Below the pieces are notes generated by a model. The model was not told the origin of the DNA. It saw only the letters and a list, made by a program, of their open reading frames with translations, and ran no database searches. A DNA stretch of 64,000 nt, taken from NCBI GenBank assembly GCA_963771355.1, contig CAVYTA010000008.1, forward strand, positions 89,560-153,559, in the 5' to 3' direction. Numbering within the stretch: position 1 is the first letter of the stretch; the number at the start of each line of letters is the position of its first letter. The translations under genes were made by a program, and so were the position numbers. This DNA is from an uncultured Candidatus Rokubacteria bacterium. Lineage in GTDB: Bacteria > Methylomirabilota > Methylomirabilia > Rokubacteriales > CSP1-6. Shown piece after piece: positions 42,901 to 55,248 of this stretch.

Positions 42901-44157
42901 GCCGACGGGCCGGCCCTGGTGTTCGAGACCAACCATTCGATCACGGAGCGCAAGCGAATGGAGGACAGCCTGCGCGAGCAGACGCGCGGGCTGCTCGCCG
43001 CCGATCGCAGCAAGGACGAATTCCTGGCCACGCTGGCTCACGAGCTCCGTAATCCCCTGGCTCCGCTCACCAATGCCCTGGAGATCTCCAAGCAGCCGGG
43101 CACGTCGCCGGCCATGGCGGCCCGAGCGCGCGAGATCATGGGGAATCAGCTTCGGAACATGGCGCGTCTCGTCGACGATCTGCTGGACGTGGCGCGCATG
43201 AGTCGCGGGAAGGTTCAGCTTCGCAGAGAGCTGGTGGACATCTCGCCGATCGCCCGTCAGGCCGTCGAGGCGCGACGTCAACAGACCGACGCGCTCGATC
43301 AGGACCTGACCCTGTCACTTCCGCCCGCGGGAGTGACCCTCGAGGCCGACCCACTTCGGCTCGAGCAGATCGTGAGCAACCTGTTGAGTAATGCCGCGAA
43401 GTTCACCGCCCGGAGCGGCCATATTCAGGTGACGGTCGAGGATCACTCCGCGGTCGACGGCGAGGTGATGATCCGAGTAAAGGATGACGGGATCGGCATA
43501 CCACCGGAGGATCTGCCGCGCTTGTTCAACCTGTTCGTGCAAGTGGACTCCGCGCTCAATCGCCAGACCGGGGGGCTAGGGATCGGGTTGACGCTGGTAC
43601 GGCATCTGGTCGAGCTTCACGGGGGCACCGTCTCGGCCCATAGTGCCGGCCTGGGCAAGGGCAGCGAGTTCGTGGTGCGGTTACCGGCACCACGCGATCA
43701 GAGTCGGAAAGCGCCGCGGACCGCCTCGATTGAGCCGCGGCCGGAGCCCAAGACCGTCTCGCGTCGAGTGCTGGTGACCGATGACAACGTCGACGGGGCG
43801 GAAACCCTGGCGGTCGTGCTTCGCCTCGTCGGGCATGACGTCCGGGTCGCCCATAGTGGCGTCGACACCCTGGAGATCGCGGCGGTCTTTCGCCCCGACG
43901 TCATCTTCCTCGATGTCGGCATGCCGCACATGGACGGTTACGAAACCGCCGTGCTCCTTCGCCGGATCGCCGGGCTCGAGAGGACCCTTCTGGTCGCACT
44001 CACCGGCTATGGTCGACCGTCCGATCGTCAGCACGCGCAGGAAGCCGGGTTCGACGAGTTCCTCGTGAAACCCGCGATACCAGAGGACGTGTATGCCCTG
44101 GCCCTCAAGTCGCGTTCGCTCAGGACGACCGACCCGCGACCAGCCGGAGATTCCTGA
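39961..44157 (+). CDS. CheB-CheR-PAS-histidine kinase-REC fusion
   Basis: GASAGG/VQHL/DG esterase motifs; VTSFFR, GCSTGEE, SCRNLLIY; NEELQS heptads; AHELRNPL; REC domain. Confidence 0.93.
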   Translation: MAARKSKAPRSLPQDLGSGGITAGSFEDDPSPRQATRPFPIVGIGASAGGLEAFTQVLHALPRDTGMAFVLVQHLAPSHASMLTEILSRATAMPVTEVIDQMAVQANHVYVIPPGVTMGIVAGTLRLTPRREVKGQHRPIDQFLRSLAEDWGHRAIGVILSGSATDGTLGLEAIKAEGGITFAQDNTAQHASMPNSAVAAGCVDFVLPPAKIAEEIARISRHQYVARDAESHGEAQGSEPSLGRILDQLRRASGVDFSRYKKNTLYRRITRRAVLHKLDGLEEYARFLQSNPAEAGALYQDVLISVTSFFRNPEAFEVLKSKVFPRLVKNRQRYEPLRVWSIGCSTGEEAYSIAMAFAEFVELSRLEIPLQIFATDLNGAGVEKARAGLYSRTIGQDIAPDRLRRFFFEVDGTYRISKAIRDSTVFARHNVLTEPPFSRIDLISCRNLLIYLEPALQQKAMGMMHYALIPHGALWLGHSESVGPYRDLFEVEDPKYKMYIKKPGPPPLTPRVFSGDPLVSRLTADPPPREPGVVVQDAHREADRILLAKYTPASVLVNDDLEILQFRGDTGRYLTPAPGKASLNLLKMLRDGLLIGVRGALHKAKREDTSVTEGALRVKTSDGSRQVSVHVIPVKGHRGVTPPHFLVLFEETAVPAKAPAKADRSERKLTRRSGMAERKAREASDDETARLAQELATTRQYLQSVIEQQEAANEELQSSNEEVQSANEELQSINEELETSKEEIQSSNEELATLNEELQNRNGELGQSNDDFVNLLASVQLPIVMLGPDLRIRRWTPMAEKLLNLTAADMGRPISDLRLGIGLPHLGEMLAEVMETVSVKEIEVRDKEGRWYVLRLRPYRTLDNRIDGAVLVLLDVDVLKRSQDTLRRQDELLDQAHEAIFIWEIDGGITYWNQGAEESYGFTKDEALGRKPYELLATSPEPRVFLQALRQSGQWTGELSRARRDGERIVVECRMVLEPEADGPALVFETNHSITERKRMEDSLREQTRGLLAADRSKDEFLATLAHELRNPLAPLTNALEISKQPGTSPAMAARAREIMGNQLRNMARLVDDLLDVARMSRGKVQLRRELVDISPIARQAVEARRQQTDALDQDLTLSLPPAGVTLEADPLRLEQIVSNLLSNAAKFTARSGHIQVTVEDHSAVDGEVMIRVKDDGIGIPPEDLPRLFNLFVQVDSALNRQTGGLGIGLTLVRHLVELHGGTVSAHSAGLGKGSEFVVRLPAPRDQSRKAPRTASIEPRPEPKTVSRRVLVTDDNVDGAETLAVVLRLVGHDVRVAHSGVDTLEIAAVFRPDVIFLDVGMPHMDGYETAVLLRRIAGLERTLLVALTGYGRPSDRQHAQEAGFDEFLVKPAIPEDVYALALKSRSLRTTDPRPAGDS

Positions 44158-44887
44158 GCCGCCGGGCCGGAGTCAGGGTCCCGGGCCGAGGAGGTTCTGG
44201 GAGGTAGTCCGCGAGCCCCAGCTCCGACAGCTTCTTCCTTCCGCTCGCGGTGACGGTCAGGGCCCGGCTGTCCTGGATGCGTAACACCCAGCGCCGCTCG
44301 AGGAAGGCCTGGGCCAGCGCCGCGCCGACGGCGCCGGACAGGTGATGCCGCCGCTCGGTCCAGTCGATGCAGGAGCGGCAGTAACGTCGTTTGGCGCCGC
44401 GCGCCTGCTCGAGGTCGGCGCCGAGACCGGTGAGAAATCGCTCGCCGGCGCCCGTCAGCTCGCCTCCGCCGTCCATGAGCACGACGTAGTCGCGGCGCAG
44501 CATCACGTCGCACAGTGACACCCCGAGACGACCGGCCAGGTGGTCGTAGCAGAGGCGCGCGTCCCGGAGCGCGGGCTCGACGCGATGGTTCGGTGGCCAC
44601 CCGTTGACGGGCGCGGGCGCCACCGTCATCAGCCCTTCGATCGCGTACGCGACCTCGGGGGACTTCAGCCGATAGTAGTGACAGCGCCCCTGCTTCTCCA
44701 TCACCAGCAGATCTCCGGCGACCAGACGCGACAGGTGACTGCTCGCCGTCGGCGCGGTCACTCCCGCGAAGTAGGCCAGCTCCTTCGCGGTGAGCGCGCA
44801 GCCGGTGAGCAGCGCCGTCAGGATGCGCGTCCGGGCGGGCTCGCCGAGCAACGCGCCCACCGCCGCCAGCATGTCGGTGTCACCCAT
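44120..44887 (-). CDS. ArsR/SmtB-family regulator
   Basis: TASSHLSRL, QGRCHYYRL, ARLCYDHLAG, CIDWTERRHHL. Confidence 0.9.
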   Translation of the reverse strand: MGDTDMLAAVGALLGEPARTRILTALLTGCALTAKELAYFAGVTAPTASSHLSRLVAGDLLVMEKQGRCHYYRLKSPEVAYAIEGLMTVAPAPVNGWPPNHRVEPALRDARLCYDHLAGRLGVSLCDVMLRRDYVVLMDGGGELTGAGERFLTGLGADLEQARGAKRRYCRSCIDWTERRHHLSGAVGAALAQAFLERRWVLRIQDSRALTVTASGRKKLSELGLADYLPEPPRPGTLTPARRLRNLRLVAGRSS

Positions 44888-45049
44888 CGTCTACACCCTA
44901 GGCCGGAGGAGGCCGGCCGGCAAGGGGAGAAGGTTCGAGCCGGGTCGAAGCGTTGCGCGTGGACCCGTGAGCGTCATGACGCCATACTCGCGATCAGACA
45001 CCACGACCCCCCAACCCGAGCGCGCGGAATCGGCGCGATGGAGGACGGA

Positions 45050-45358
45050 ATGATCACCCTCTGCATTCGCTATACGCTCAACGCCAGCAAGCGGGCCGAC
45101 TTCGAAGCCTACGCCCGGAGCCTGGCCACGCCCATCGAGCGCTGTGGCGGCAAACTGATCGGCTACTTCTCGCCGACCAAGCTCGCCGGCCCGACCAATA
45201 TCGCGCTGGCGCTCATCGATTTCGCCAGCCTCGCGGAATACGAGCGGTATCGGGAGGCCCTGGCGATCGATCCGGACCATGTCGAGGCGCTGCGCCGTGC
45301 CGAGCAGTCGGGCTGGCTTCTCGTCGAGGACCGCTCGTTCATGCAGCGGGTGTCATAG
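45050..45358 (+). CDS. NIPSNAP-family protein
   Basis: MITLCIRYTL...GGKLIGYF...FASLAEYERYR; divergent from the ArsR gene. Confidence 0.85.
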   Translation: MITLCIRYTLNASKRADFEAYARSLATPIERCGGKLIGYFSPTKLAGPTNIALALIDFASLAEYERYREALAIDPDHVEALRRAEQSGWLLVEDRSFMQRVS

Positions 45359-45379
45359 CCCCGTCACGCCCGCGGGGGG

Positions 45380-47003
45380 TCACTCGGCGAGCCAGACGCC
45401 GTCGAGCTGCTGGTTCAGGAAATGCGACGGCGTGATCGTCCACCCTCGGACCTTGGCGTTCAGGGGGACGATCCGGTGCCACTGGAGCGTGTAGATGTAG
45501 TGCGCCTCCTCGTCGAGCAGGCGCTTCTCGAAGGCGCGGAGGTGCCGCTTGCGCTCCTCGGGATCCACCGCGCGCGCCTGCTTGATGAAGAGGTCGTCCA
45601 GGACGGGATCCTTGTAGCGCGCGTAGTTGTTGTCGGAGACACCCACCGACTGGAACTTCGAGATGTCGACGTCGGGCTCGACGACGAAGCTGCACTGGGC
45701 ATCGCTGGCCACGTCGAAGTCGCCTTTCCGGAGGACGGACACCATCATCGACGCCTCCACGACCTCTTGCTTGACGTTGAGCCCGATGTGCCGCCACTGA
45801 TCGATGGCCCAGATGCCCACGGGCTCGTACGGCTGGGGGATCCCGCGGTTCTTGAAGGTGAAGGCAAAGCCGTCGGGGACGCCCGGCCTCCCGGAGCAGG
45901 CGCCGCGCCTCGGCCCGGCTCGCGGCGACGTCGCGGCCGTAGCCGGCGAGCTTCTCGAGCTCGGCCGGTGGGGTGGCCCACGGGGTGCCCGGCACCTGGA
46001 TCCCCCCGACCTCCTTGACGACGGTGATCCGCGACAGGCTGCGCGAGGCGCCGTGGCGGTCCAGCGCCAGGGTCAGCGCGCGGCGGACGCGCTTGTCGTC
46101 GAAGGGCTTCCGCTCGTGATTGAACGCCACCAGTGACACACAGTTCCACGGGCTTTCCTGCACCGTGATCTTCGCGCCGAGGGCCTGGACGAGGTTGTCC
46201 CGGTCCACCGGGCTGAAGCCGCGGAACTGCGCGTGGGCGCGCTCGCCGCGGATGGCCGCCACCTGGGCGGACGACGACGAGATGAAGAGCGCCCGGTACC
46301 CGTCCAGATACGGCTTGCCCTTGTCCCAGTAGTCCGGGTTCTTCTTCGCGACCCAGTGCGAGCCCTTGACGTGCTCGACGAACTTGAAGGGGCCGGTGCC
46401 CATCACGTTGGTCTCGTACCAGCGCACGTCCCGGGCGAGGATGTCCGCCTTGAAGATCCAGCTGAACGGCGAGGCGAGGTTCACGAGGAAGGAGGCCTCG
46501 GGCCACTTGAGCCGGAAGCGCACCGTCTGCGGATCGGGCGCCTCGACGGCCTCGACCGCCTGGTAGGTGCCCTTGCGGAACGAGATCACCGCGCCCGTCG
46601 GGAAGATGATCTTGTCGTAGGTGGCCTTGACGTCGCGCGACGTCATCGGGCTCCCGTCGTGGAAGCGGACGCCCTGGCGCAGCTTGAGGGTGTAGGTCAA
46701 CCCGTCCGGAGAGATCGTCCAGGAGTCGGCCAGGTCCGGAACGGGACGCGTCCCCGTCCGGTCGGTGGGATCGATGCGCAGCAGCGTGTTGTAGTGCGGC
46801 GCCAGCGGATGGACGGTGCCGAACGTCCCCTCGCGGTGGCCGTCATAGGACGGGGGCTCGGAGGGCACCATGATGACCAGCTCGCCTCCGTAGCGGGGGG
46901 CGTCCTGGGCGCGGGCGGAGCCGAGCCCGAGCACCACGAGCGTGGCGGTGAGCAGCATCCAGAGCATCGCGAGAACACCGGCGGGCGGCTTGACGGGTCG
47001 CAT
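45380..47003 (-). CDS. ABC substrate-binding protein, family 5 (frameshift near 45890)
   Basis: PDLADSW, MGTGPF, DKRVRRAL; C-terminus in ORF 45380-45820. Confidence 0.88.
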
Positions 47004-47214
47004 GCGGTCCCTCCTGGCTTCGGCGAACGGCGAAGCAGCCTCGCTGCTGGCTCGAGTACGCGTATCAGGGAGATGGACGGGACGACCCTATCCGGCTCCG
47101 CCGGGTTCGTCAACCCGAATACCGAGTGCGGGAGCAGGGGTAGGATCTACCATTCGCGGCCGGGCTGGGACATACTACCGCTCACGTCACCCCCATATCC
47201 GCGGAGGCTTGCCC

Positions 47215-48260
47215 ATGAGAGGTTGTGAAAGTCGTCGGAGTTTGGTGCTCTTGGCCTGGATCCTGATCGGGACTCTCGCCGCCATGCTGATCCCGGTAAC
47301 TCCCGCGTATGCGCAGGGGACCACCCTCGTCGTCACCGGCTACGGCGCCCGCTGGTCGGAGGTGATGAAGAAGGCCCTGGTGGAGCCCTTCGAGAAGAAG
47401 CACGGGGTGAAGGTCGAGATCGTGACCGGCATCACCTCCGAGTGGGTGGCCAAGCTCCTGGCCGGCGGCCCCGACAACCCGCCGTTCGATGTGGTGTTCG
47501 GCAACGAGCCGCCGTTGCCGATCCCGCGGGAGCGCGGATTCTTCGAGAAGCGCAACGAGACACTGGCCCCCAACATCAAGAACGTCTATCCGAAGGCCCT
47601 CATCGGCGACACGAGCGTCGCGCTGTTCTGGGGCCGTATCGGCCTCGCCTATCGCACCGACGCCGGCCTCAAGAAGCCGACCTCCTGGAAGGACTTCTGG
47701 GACGAGGCCTACGTGGGCAAGCGGGCCACCTACGTCATCGGCAACACGCTCGGCATCAACTTCCTCTTCATCACCTCGAAGCTCTTCGGCAAGGACTACT
47801 TCGACATCGACGCCGGGGTCGCCGCCATCAAGCGCGCGCAGCCCAAGCTGGTGGACTTCACCGGCACCGCGCAGAAGCAGCTCGAGCAGAAGGAGGTCGT
47901 GCTCGCGGTGCTCCACGACGGGGACACCTTCGATATGCAGAAACGGGGTATCCCGGTAGACTGGGTCGCCCCCAGCGAGGGCACGCCGATCCTCGACCAG
48001 GTCGTCCAGGTCGCGCGCGGGTCGAAGAACAAGGAGCTGGCGTGGAAGCTCATCGACGCCTACCTCTCGCCCGAGGTGCAGCTGGCCTTCGCCACCGAGC
48101 TGTTCTGGAGCCCGACCAACAAGACGGTGAAGGTGCCCGCGGACGTGGCGAAGAAGATCATCAATGGGCCGGCCGACGTGGAGAAGCTCGTGCTCTTCGA
48201 CTGGGCTCACGTGGCCAAGCAGCGGCCCCAGTGGACCGAGAAGTGGAACAAGGAGATGCG

Positions 48261-48264
<4 letters not shown>
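47215..48264 (+). CDS. PotD-like ABC substrate-binding protein
   Basis: Signal peptide, PFEKKHGVKV, PTSWKDFW, PSEG, YLSPEVQ. Confidence 0.88.
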
Positions 48265-49330
<1,066 letters not shown>

Positions 49331-49334
<4 letters not shown>

Positions 49335-50008
49335 CCAAGGTCGGCTTGATCACGGTGGGGCAGTCGCCGCGCAGCGACGTGGTGCCGGACATGGCGGCCA
49401 TCCTGGGCGGCGACGTCGAGATCATCGAGGCGGGCGCGCTCGACGGGCTCACCCGCGAGCAGATCGTCCCGCTCGCGCCCGAGGGCGACGACGAGATCCT
49501 GGTCACCCGGCTCGCCGACGGCTCGACGGTCTTCGTCGGGAAGACCAAGATGATTCCCCGGGTCGAGGCCCGGATCGCCGCGCTCGAAGACCGCGGGGTC
49601 GCGCTCAACGTGCTGCTGTGCACCGGCGAGTTCCCGAAGCTCGCCGCGCGCCGGCCGTTTCTCGAGCCGCAGCCGCTCCTGCTGGGTCTCCTTCGCGCCA
49701 TGGTCTTCCCCGGCCGCCTGGGCGTGCTGACCCCATCCGAGCGTCACGTGCCCCAGACCACCGCGCGCTGGCGCGCCTCGGGCTTCGATGCGCACGTGGC
49801 TCCGCTCTCGCCTTACGAGGAGAACGATCCCGCCGCCGTCCGCCGCGCGGCGGACGCGCTGCGCGCCGGCCACGCCGGCCTCGTGGTCATGGACTGCATC
49901 GGCTTCCGCCGCAAGACGCGCGACGAGATCGCGGCCCTCACCGGGGCGCCGACCCTGGTGGCGAACCTGCTCGTGGCCCGCGTGGCCGCGGAGCTCCTCG
50001 GCCGCTGA
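49331..50008 (+). CDS. AroM-family protein
   Basis: TVGQSPRSD, LVTRLADG, LLCTGEF, MDCIGF. Confidence 0.88.
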
Positions 50009-50011
50009 CCC

Positions 50012-50858
50012 GTGACCCGCGGCGCCCGCATCCTGCTGCTGGGGCCGTACGTCCTGCTGCTGCGTGGCGTTCTTCGTGGCCCCGCTCCTGCTGATGCTCG
50101 CCATCAGCTTCTCGCGGCAGTCGTTCGGGCAGCTCGAGTGGTCCTTCACCCCGCAGCACTACATCCACTTCTTCTCCGACGCGTACTATCTGGGCGTGCT
50201 CGCGGACACCCTCTGGCTGGGGGTGCTCACCACCGCGGTTTCCCTGCTCCTCGGCTACCCGCTGGCCTACCATCTGGCCCTGACCCGCTCGCGCTGGAAG
50301 CCGCTGCTGATCGTCTTCATCCTGTCGCCGCTGCTGGTCGGCATCGTCATCCGCTGCTACGGCTGGATGATCCTGCTCGCCGACCGCGGCCTCATCAACG
50401 AGTCCCTGGTGCGGGCGGGATGGATCACCAAGCCGCTGCCGCTCATGTACAACAAGTTCGGGGTGACGGTCGCGCTCGTGCACGTCTTCCTGCCCTTCAT
50501 GGTGCTGTCGCTCACCGGGGTGCTCAAGCGCATCGAGCCTCAGCTGATCGAGGCCTCGCAGACGCTGGGGGCGTCCCCACGCCGGGCCTTCTTCGAGATC
50601 ACGCTGCCGCTCTCGCTGCCCGGCATCCTCGCGGGCTCGCTGCTCGTCTTCTCCCTGGCCATCAGCTCCTTCGTGGTGCCGATCCTGGTGGGCGGGTTCA
50701 AGGTGCACGTGCTGCCGATGGTGGTGTACGAGCAGGTGCTCTCGGTGTTCGACTGGCCCTTCGGCGCCGCCAACGCCTTCGTGCTGCTCGTGATCTCGGT
50801 GGCGCTGATCGGGGTCTACATCAAGGTGACCGAGCGCGCGCTGCGCGGCATCGTATGA
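50012..50858 (+). CDS. PotB-like permease (5' frameshift)
   Basis: LLLGYPLAY, EASQTLGA, LPLSLPG. Confidence 0.88.
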
Positions 50859-51629
50859 TCCTCCGAACCGTGGTGGGCCTCGTCTACGCCTTCCTGCTGC
50901 TGCCGATGGTCATCGTGGTGCTGGCCGCGTTCAACGCGGGCAACTACTTCACCTTTCCCCCGCAGGGCTTCTCGCTCAAGTGGTTCGCCAACTTCTTCCA
51001 GCGCCGGGAGTTCATGCAGGCCCTCTGGCTCTCCGCCGAGCTGGCGGTCTGGACCGCGCTCGCCTCCACCGTGATCGGGACCGCCGCCGCCATTCCGCTG
51101 GTGCGGGGCCGCTTCCCGCGGCCGCGATCTCCTCAACGCGTTCGTCACCTCCCCGCTGCTGCTGCCGCAGATCCTCACCGGAGTGGCGCTGCTCCAGTTC
51201 TACACGCTCTTCAAGATGCAGGCCTCCTACGCGGCGCTGCTCATCGGCCACATCGTGGTGACCACGCCCTACGTGATCCGCACCGTCACCGCCACCCTCA
51301 CCCACTTCGACATGGCCCTCGAGGAGGCGGCCCAGAGCCTGGGCGCCCATCCGGTGCGCGCGTTCTTCGAGATCACGCTGGGGGTGATCAAGCCGGGCGT
51401 GGTGGCGGGCGCGATCTTCGCCCTGGCGATCTCCTTCGACAACTTCACGCTCTCGCTCTTCTTGACCAGCTCGAAGCTGACCCCGCTCCCGATCGAGCTC
51501 TTCGCCTATCTCAAATACTCGTTCGACCCCACCGCGGCCGCGGTATCCGCCTTCGCCATCGGGGTGGCCCTGGTGCTCGTCCTGGGCATCGCGCGCTTCA
51601 TGGGGCTCGAGGAGTTCACGGGGTTCTGA
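50855..51629 (+). CDS. PotC-like permease (frameshift near 51120)
   Basis: FPPQGFSLKWF, EEAAQSLGA, ISFDNF. Confidence 0.86.
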
Positions 51630-51656
51630 TGCGGGTTCTACGATGAGAGCGGGCCG

Positions 51657-52730
51657 ATGAGACCGGTAGCGGTGGACGAGATCGAGAGCCTGGCCATCGG
51701 GGCCTGGATCCTGGGCACCGGCGGCGGCGGGAGCCCCTACCTCGCGCTGCTCAACATGCGCCAGCTCTACCGCCAGGGGATCTCGTGCCGCCTGATGGAC
51801 GCGGCCGAGCTGGCGGACGACGACCTGGTGGCGGTGGTCTCCAACATGGGCGCGCCGCTGGTGGGCCAGGAGCGGCTCACCGACCCCAAGACGATGGCGC
51901 TGGCCGTCACCATGATGGAGGAGTATCTCGGCCGGAAGTTCCGCGCGGTGATGTCGCTCGAGATCGGCGGGGGCAACTCCATCCAGCCCTTCATGGCGGC
52001 GGCGGTGCTGGACCTGCCGGTGATCGACGGCGACTGCATGGGGCGCGCGTTTCCCGAGGCCCAGATGACCAGCTTCGCCATCCACGACCTCCGCATGTAC
52101 CCCCTGACCCTCGCCGACGTGCGCGATAACGCCGTCGTGGTGGCGCGCGCGGCGAGCTGGAAGTGGATGGAGCGGATCAGCCGCAAGGCCTGCGTGGAGG
52201 TGGGCTCCATCGCCTCCACCTGCAAGGCCCCCCGCACCGGCAAGGAGATCAAGGACTGCGCGATCCTCGGCTCCACCACCAAGGCCATCGGGATCGGCCG
52301 GGCGGTGCAGGCCGCGCGCCGGGCCCACCGCGATCCCATCGACGCGGTGCTCGAGGTGACGGGCGGGGTCAAGATCTTCAGCGGCAAGATCCACGACATC
52401 GCGCGCCGGACCACCGAGGGCTTCCTCCGCGGCACCGCGACCATCGAAGGCCTCGACGACCGCCGGGGCCACACCTTCTCGCTCGCCTTCCAGAACGAGT
52501 TCGCGGTGGGCTGGCTCGACGGCGAGCCGCGGGTCATGACGCCCGACCTGATCTGCGTGCTCGACACCGTCTCCGGCGATGCGATCGGCACCGAGACGCT
52601 GCGCTACGGCCAGCGGGTGACCGTCATCGCGCTGCCCGCGCCCCCGATCCTCCTCACCCCGAAGGGGATCGAGCACGTGGGCCCGCGCGCCTTCGGCTAC
52701 GACCTCGACTTCCGCTCGGTGTTCGCGTGA
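51657..52730 (+). CDS. DUF917-family protein
   Basis: LGTGGGG, EIGGGN, DGDCMGRAFPE, FQNE, PDLI, TETLRYGQRV. Confidence 0.9.
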   Translation: MRPVAVDEIESLAIGAWILGTGGGGSPYLALLNMRQLYRQGISCRLMDAAELADDDLVAVVSNMGAPLVGQERLTDPKTMALAVTMMEEYLGRKFRAVMSLEIGGGNSIQPFMAAAVLDLPVIDGDCMGRAFPEAQMTSFAIHDLRMYPLTLADVRDNAVVVARAASWKWMERISRKACVEVGSIASTCKAPRTGKEIKDCAILGSTTKAIGIGRAVQAARRAHRDPIDAVLEVTGGVKIFSGKIHDIARRTTEGFLRGTATIEGLDDRRGHTFSLAFQNEFAVGWLDGEPRVMTPDLICVLDTVSGDAIGTETLRYGQRVTVIALPAPPILLTPKGIEHVGPRAFGYDLDFRSVFA

Positions 52731-54288
52731 GACGGCGCATCGGCATCGACGTGGGCGGCACCAACACCGACGCCGTGCTCCTCGAGGAGGACGCGGTGGC
52801 GGCGGCGGTGAAGACGCCGACCACCCCCGATGTGACCACCGGCATCACCCGCGCCCTCGCCGAGCTGGTGGAGCGGGCGCCCGGCGCGCGGCGAAGCCGA
52901 GGCGGCGATGATCGGCACCACCCACTTCACCAACGCGGTGGTCCAGCGGCGCGACCTCGGCGCGCGTGGCCGCGGTGCGCGTCGGCCTGCCCTCCGGCGC
53001 CTCGCTCCCGCCCTTCGTGGACTGGCCCGAGGACCTGGCGGAGCTGGTGCGCGCCGAGGTGGTGATGCTGGAGGGCGGCCACGAGTTCGACGGCCGCCCG
53101 CTCGTCCCCTTCGACACGCGCGGCATGCGCGCGGCGGCCCGGCGGATCCGCGAGGCCGGGATCCGCTCGGTCGCCATCGCCGCCGTCTTCTCCCCGCTGA
53201 ACGCGTCGGGCGAAGAGGAGGCGGCGGCGATCTTGCGCGAGGAGTGCCCCGACGTCGCGATCACCCTCTCGCACCGGCTCGGCCGCATCGGGCTGCTCGA
53301 GCGCGAGAACGCGGCCCTGCTCAACGCCTGCCTCATCGAGCTGGCCCGGAAGACGACGCGCGCCTTCACCCAGGCCCTGCGCGCGAGCGGCATCGCGGCG
53401 CCGCTCTACCTCACCCAGAACGACGGCACCGTCATGCTGGCCGAGGTGGCGGAGGCGTACCCGGTGTACTCCTTCGCGTCGGGGCCGACCAACTCGATGC
53501 GCGGCGCCGCGTTCCTCTCCAAGCGCGACGAGGCGCTGGTGGTGGACGTGGGCGGCACCACCACGGACATCGGCAGCCTGCGCCATGGCTTTCCCCGCGA
53601 GGCCAACAACGTGGTCGAGATCGGCGGGGTCCGCACCCTGTTCCGGATGCCCGATCTCCTCTCCATGGGACTGGGCGGCGGGACGAAGGTGCTGGCGCCC
53701 GGCGTCGGAACCGCGCCCGTGCTCACCATCGGGCCGGCCAGCGTGGGCTATCGGCTCACCGAGCAGGCGCTGGTGTTCGGCGGCGACGTCCTCACCGTGA
53801 CGGACGTCGCCGTTGCCGCCGGGCTCATCGACCTGGGCGACCGGGCCCGCGTGGCGTCGCTGCCCGCCGCCCTGGTGAAGGAGGCCCTCGCGCGCATCCG
53901 CACCATGATCGAGGAGGGCGTGGACCGCATGAAGACCGACGCGGGCGAGGCGCCGCTGATCGCGGTGGGCGGCGGGTCGTTCCTGGTGCCGCCGCGCCTG
54001 GCCGGCGTCTCCGAGGTCCTGAACGTGCCGCACCAGGCGGTGGCCAACGCGGTGGGCGCCGCGATCGCCCAGGTGAGCGGCGAGGTGGACCAGATCTTCC
54101 AGGACCTCTCGCGGGACGAGGCGATCGCGCGGGCCCGCCGGGCGGCGGAGGACAAGGCGGTGGCGGCCGGCGCCGACCGGGCCACCATCAACGTGGTGGA
54201 GGTGGAGGACCTGCCCCTGGCCTACTTGCCCGGCAACTCCCTCCGCACCCGGGTGCGCGTGGTCGGGGAGATCGCCCGGCACGCGTAG
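52727..54288 (+). CDS. Hydantoinase/oxoprolinase A-like ATP-binding protein (5' frameshifts)
   Basis: IGIDVGGTNTD, IGTTHFTNA, SGPTNSMRGA, DVGGTTTD, VANAVGAA. Confidence 0.88.
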
Positions 54289-54396
54289 CGGCCGATGCGG
54301 CGCGATCTCCTATGGGCGTAGCCCGGGGGACGGTAAGTATGGGTTCGAATCCGGGTCGCCATGCGACGCCGAGCTGACGCTAGGGACCCACGCGCG

Positions 54397-55161
54397 ATGA
54401 GAAGACCGCTCTCCCTGATGATGGCGGCCCCGATCGTGATGGCGCTCACCACGGCGGCCCTCGGCGCCTCCTATGACGAGCAGCGGTCGGCCGCGGTCGC
54501 GCCCTGCGAAGCCATCGATCCCCGTGACTACCAGTCCGGCCTGCTCTTCAACCCGGATGGCTACCGCTCGTACTTCGTTCGCTCGGAGTGCTTCCAGCGG
54601 GTTGCGCGGGAGTTTCGCGACGCCTCACTCTGCGCGCAGGTGCGGCGGCGGTTCTCGCTGTTCAGCTCGAGCTGGGGCTATTCCCGCGCGCAGTGTCTGA
54701 AGGAGGTGCAGGCGGGAGTGGCGGCCGATCGCGAGGCGCTCGAGGAGCGGCGGCGGCAGTACCTGGGCGGCCAGCCCCTGCGGCTGGTCGACTTCCGGAT
54801 CGAGCGCAGCGGCAACGGCCGTGACTTCGACATCGTGCCCGCGTTCACGGGTGGGCATGCCGGCTCCTATACGCTGCGCTTCGATGTCCTGGCGCCCGAC
54901 GGCACGCCGCGGACCGCGCCGCTCCACTCGGCCGGCATGAATCTCGACGCCGGCAGCAACGTCCGGCTCTACGTCCGCTACGAGGACATCCGGGCGCGCT
55001 GGCCCGAGTTCTCCTACGGCATGCGCCACACGGTCCGGGCCACGCTCACGCTCGACGTGGGGTCGGGCAGCATGGGCGCCCGGTGGAGCGACACCTTCGT
55101 CGAGGGGGTGTTTCCGCGAGCGGAGCGGTCCCAGGCCCTGGAGAAGGACATCGGATTCTGA
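54397..55161 (+). CDS. Exported hypothetical protein with four Cys
   Basis: Signal-peptide-like N-terminus ending TAALGA; GC-typical codon use. Confidence 0.7.
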   Translation: MRRPLSLMMAAPIVMALTTAALGASYDEQRSAAVAPCEAIDPRDYQSGLLFNPDGYRSYFVRSECFQRVAREFRDASLCAQVRRRFSLFSSSWGYSRAQCLKEVQAGVAADREALEERRRQYLGGQPLRLVDFRIERSGNGRDFDIVPAFTGGHAGSYTLRFDVLAPDGTPRTAPLHSAGMNLDAGSNVRLYVRYEDIRARWPEFSYGMRHTVRATLTLDVGSGSMGARWSDTFVEGVFPRAERSQALEKDIGF

Positions 55162-55248
55162 GCACCGGGGCGGTCCTCAGCGGGTGCGCGAGGGTCGCGA
55201 GACGGTGGCGAGGCGGGCGAGCTGGGTCTGACGAGGCAGAAGGTCTGC

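Noticed and set aside
54312..54361. tRNA-like GGGCGTAGC...GGTTCGAATCC...CGCCA
   Set aside because: Only ~50 nt, the T stem does not pair and there is no anticodon arm; at most a scar.
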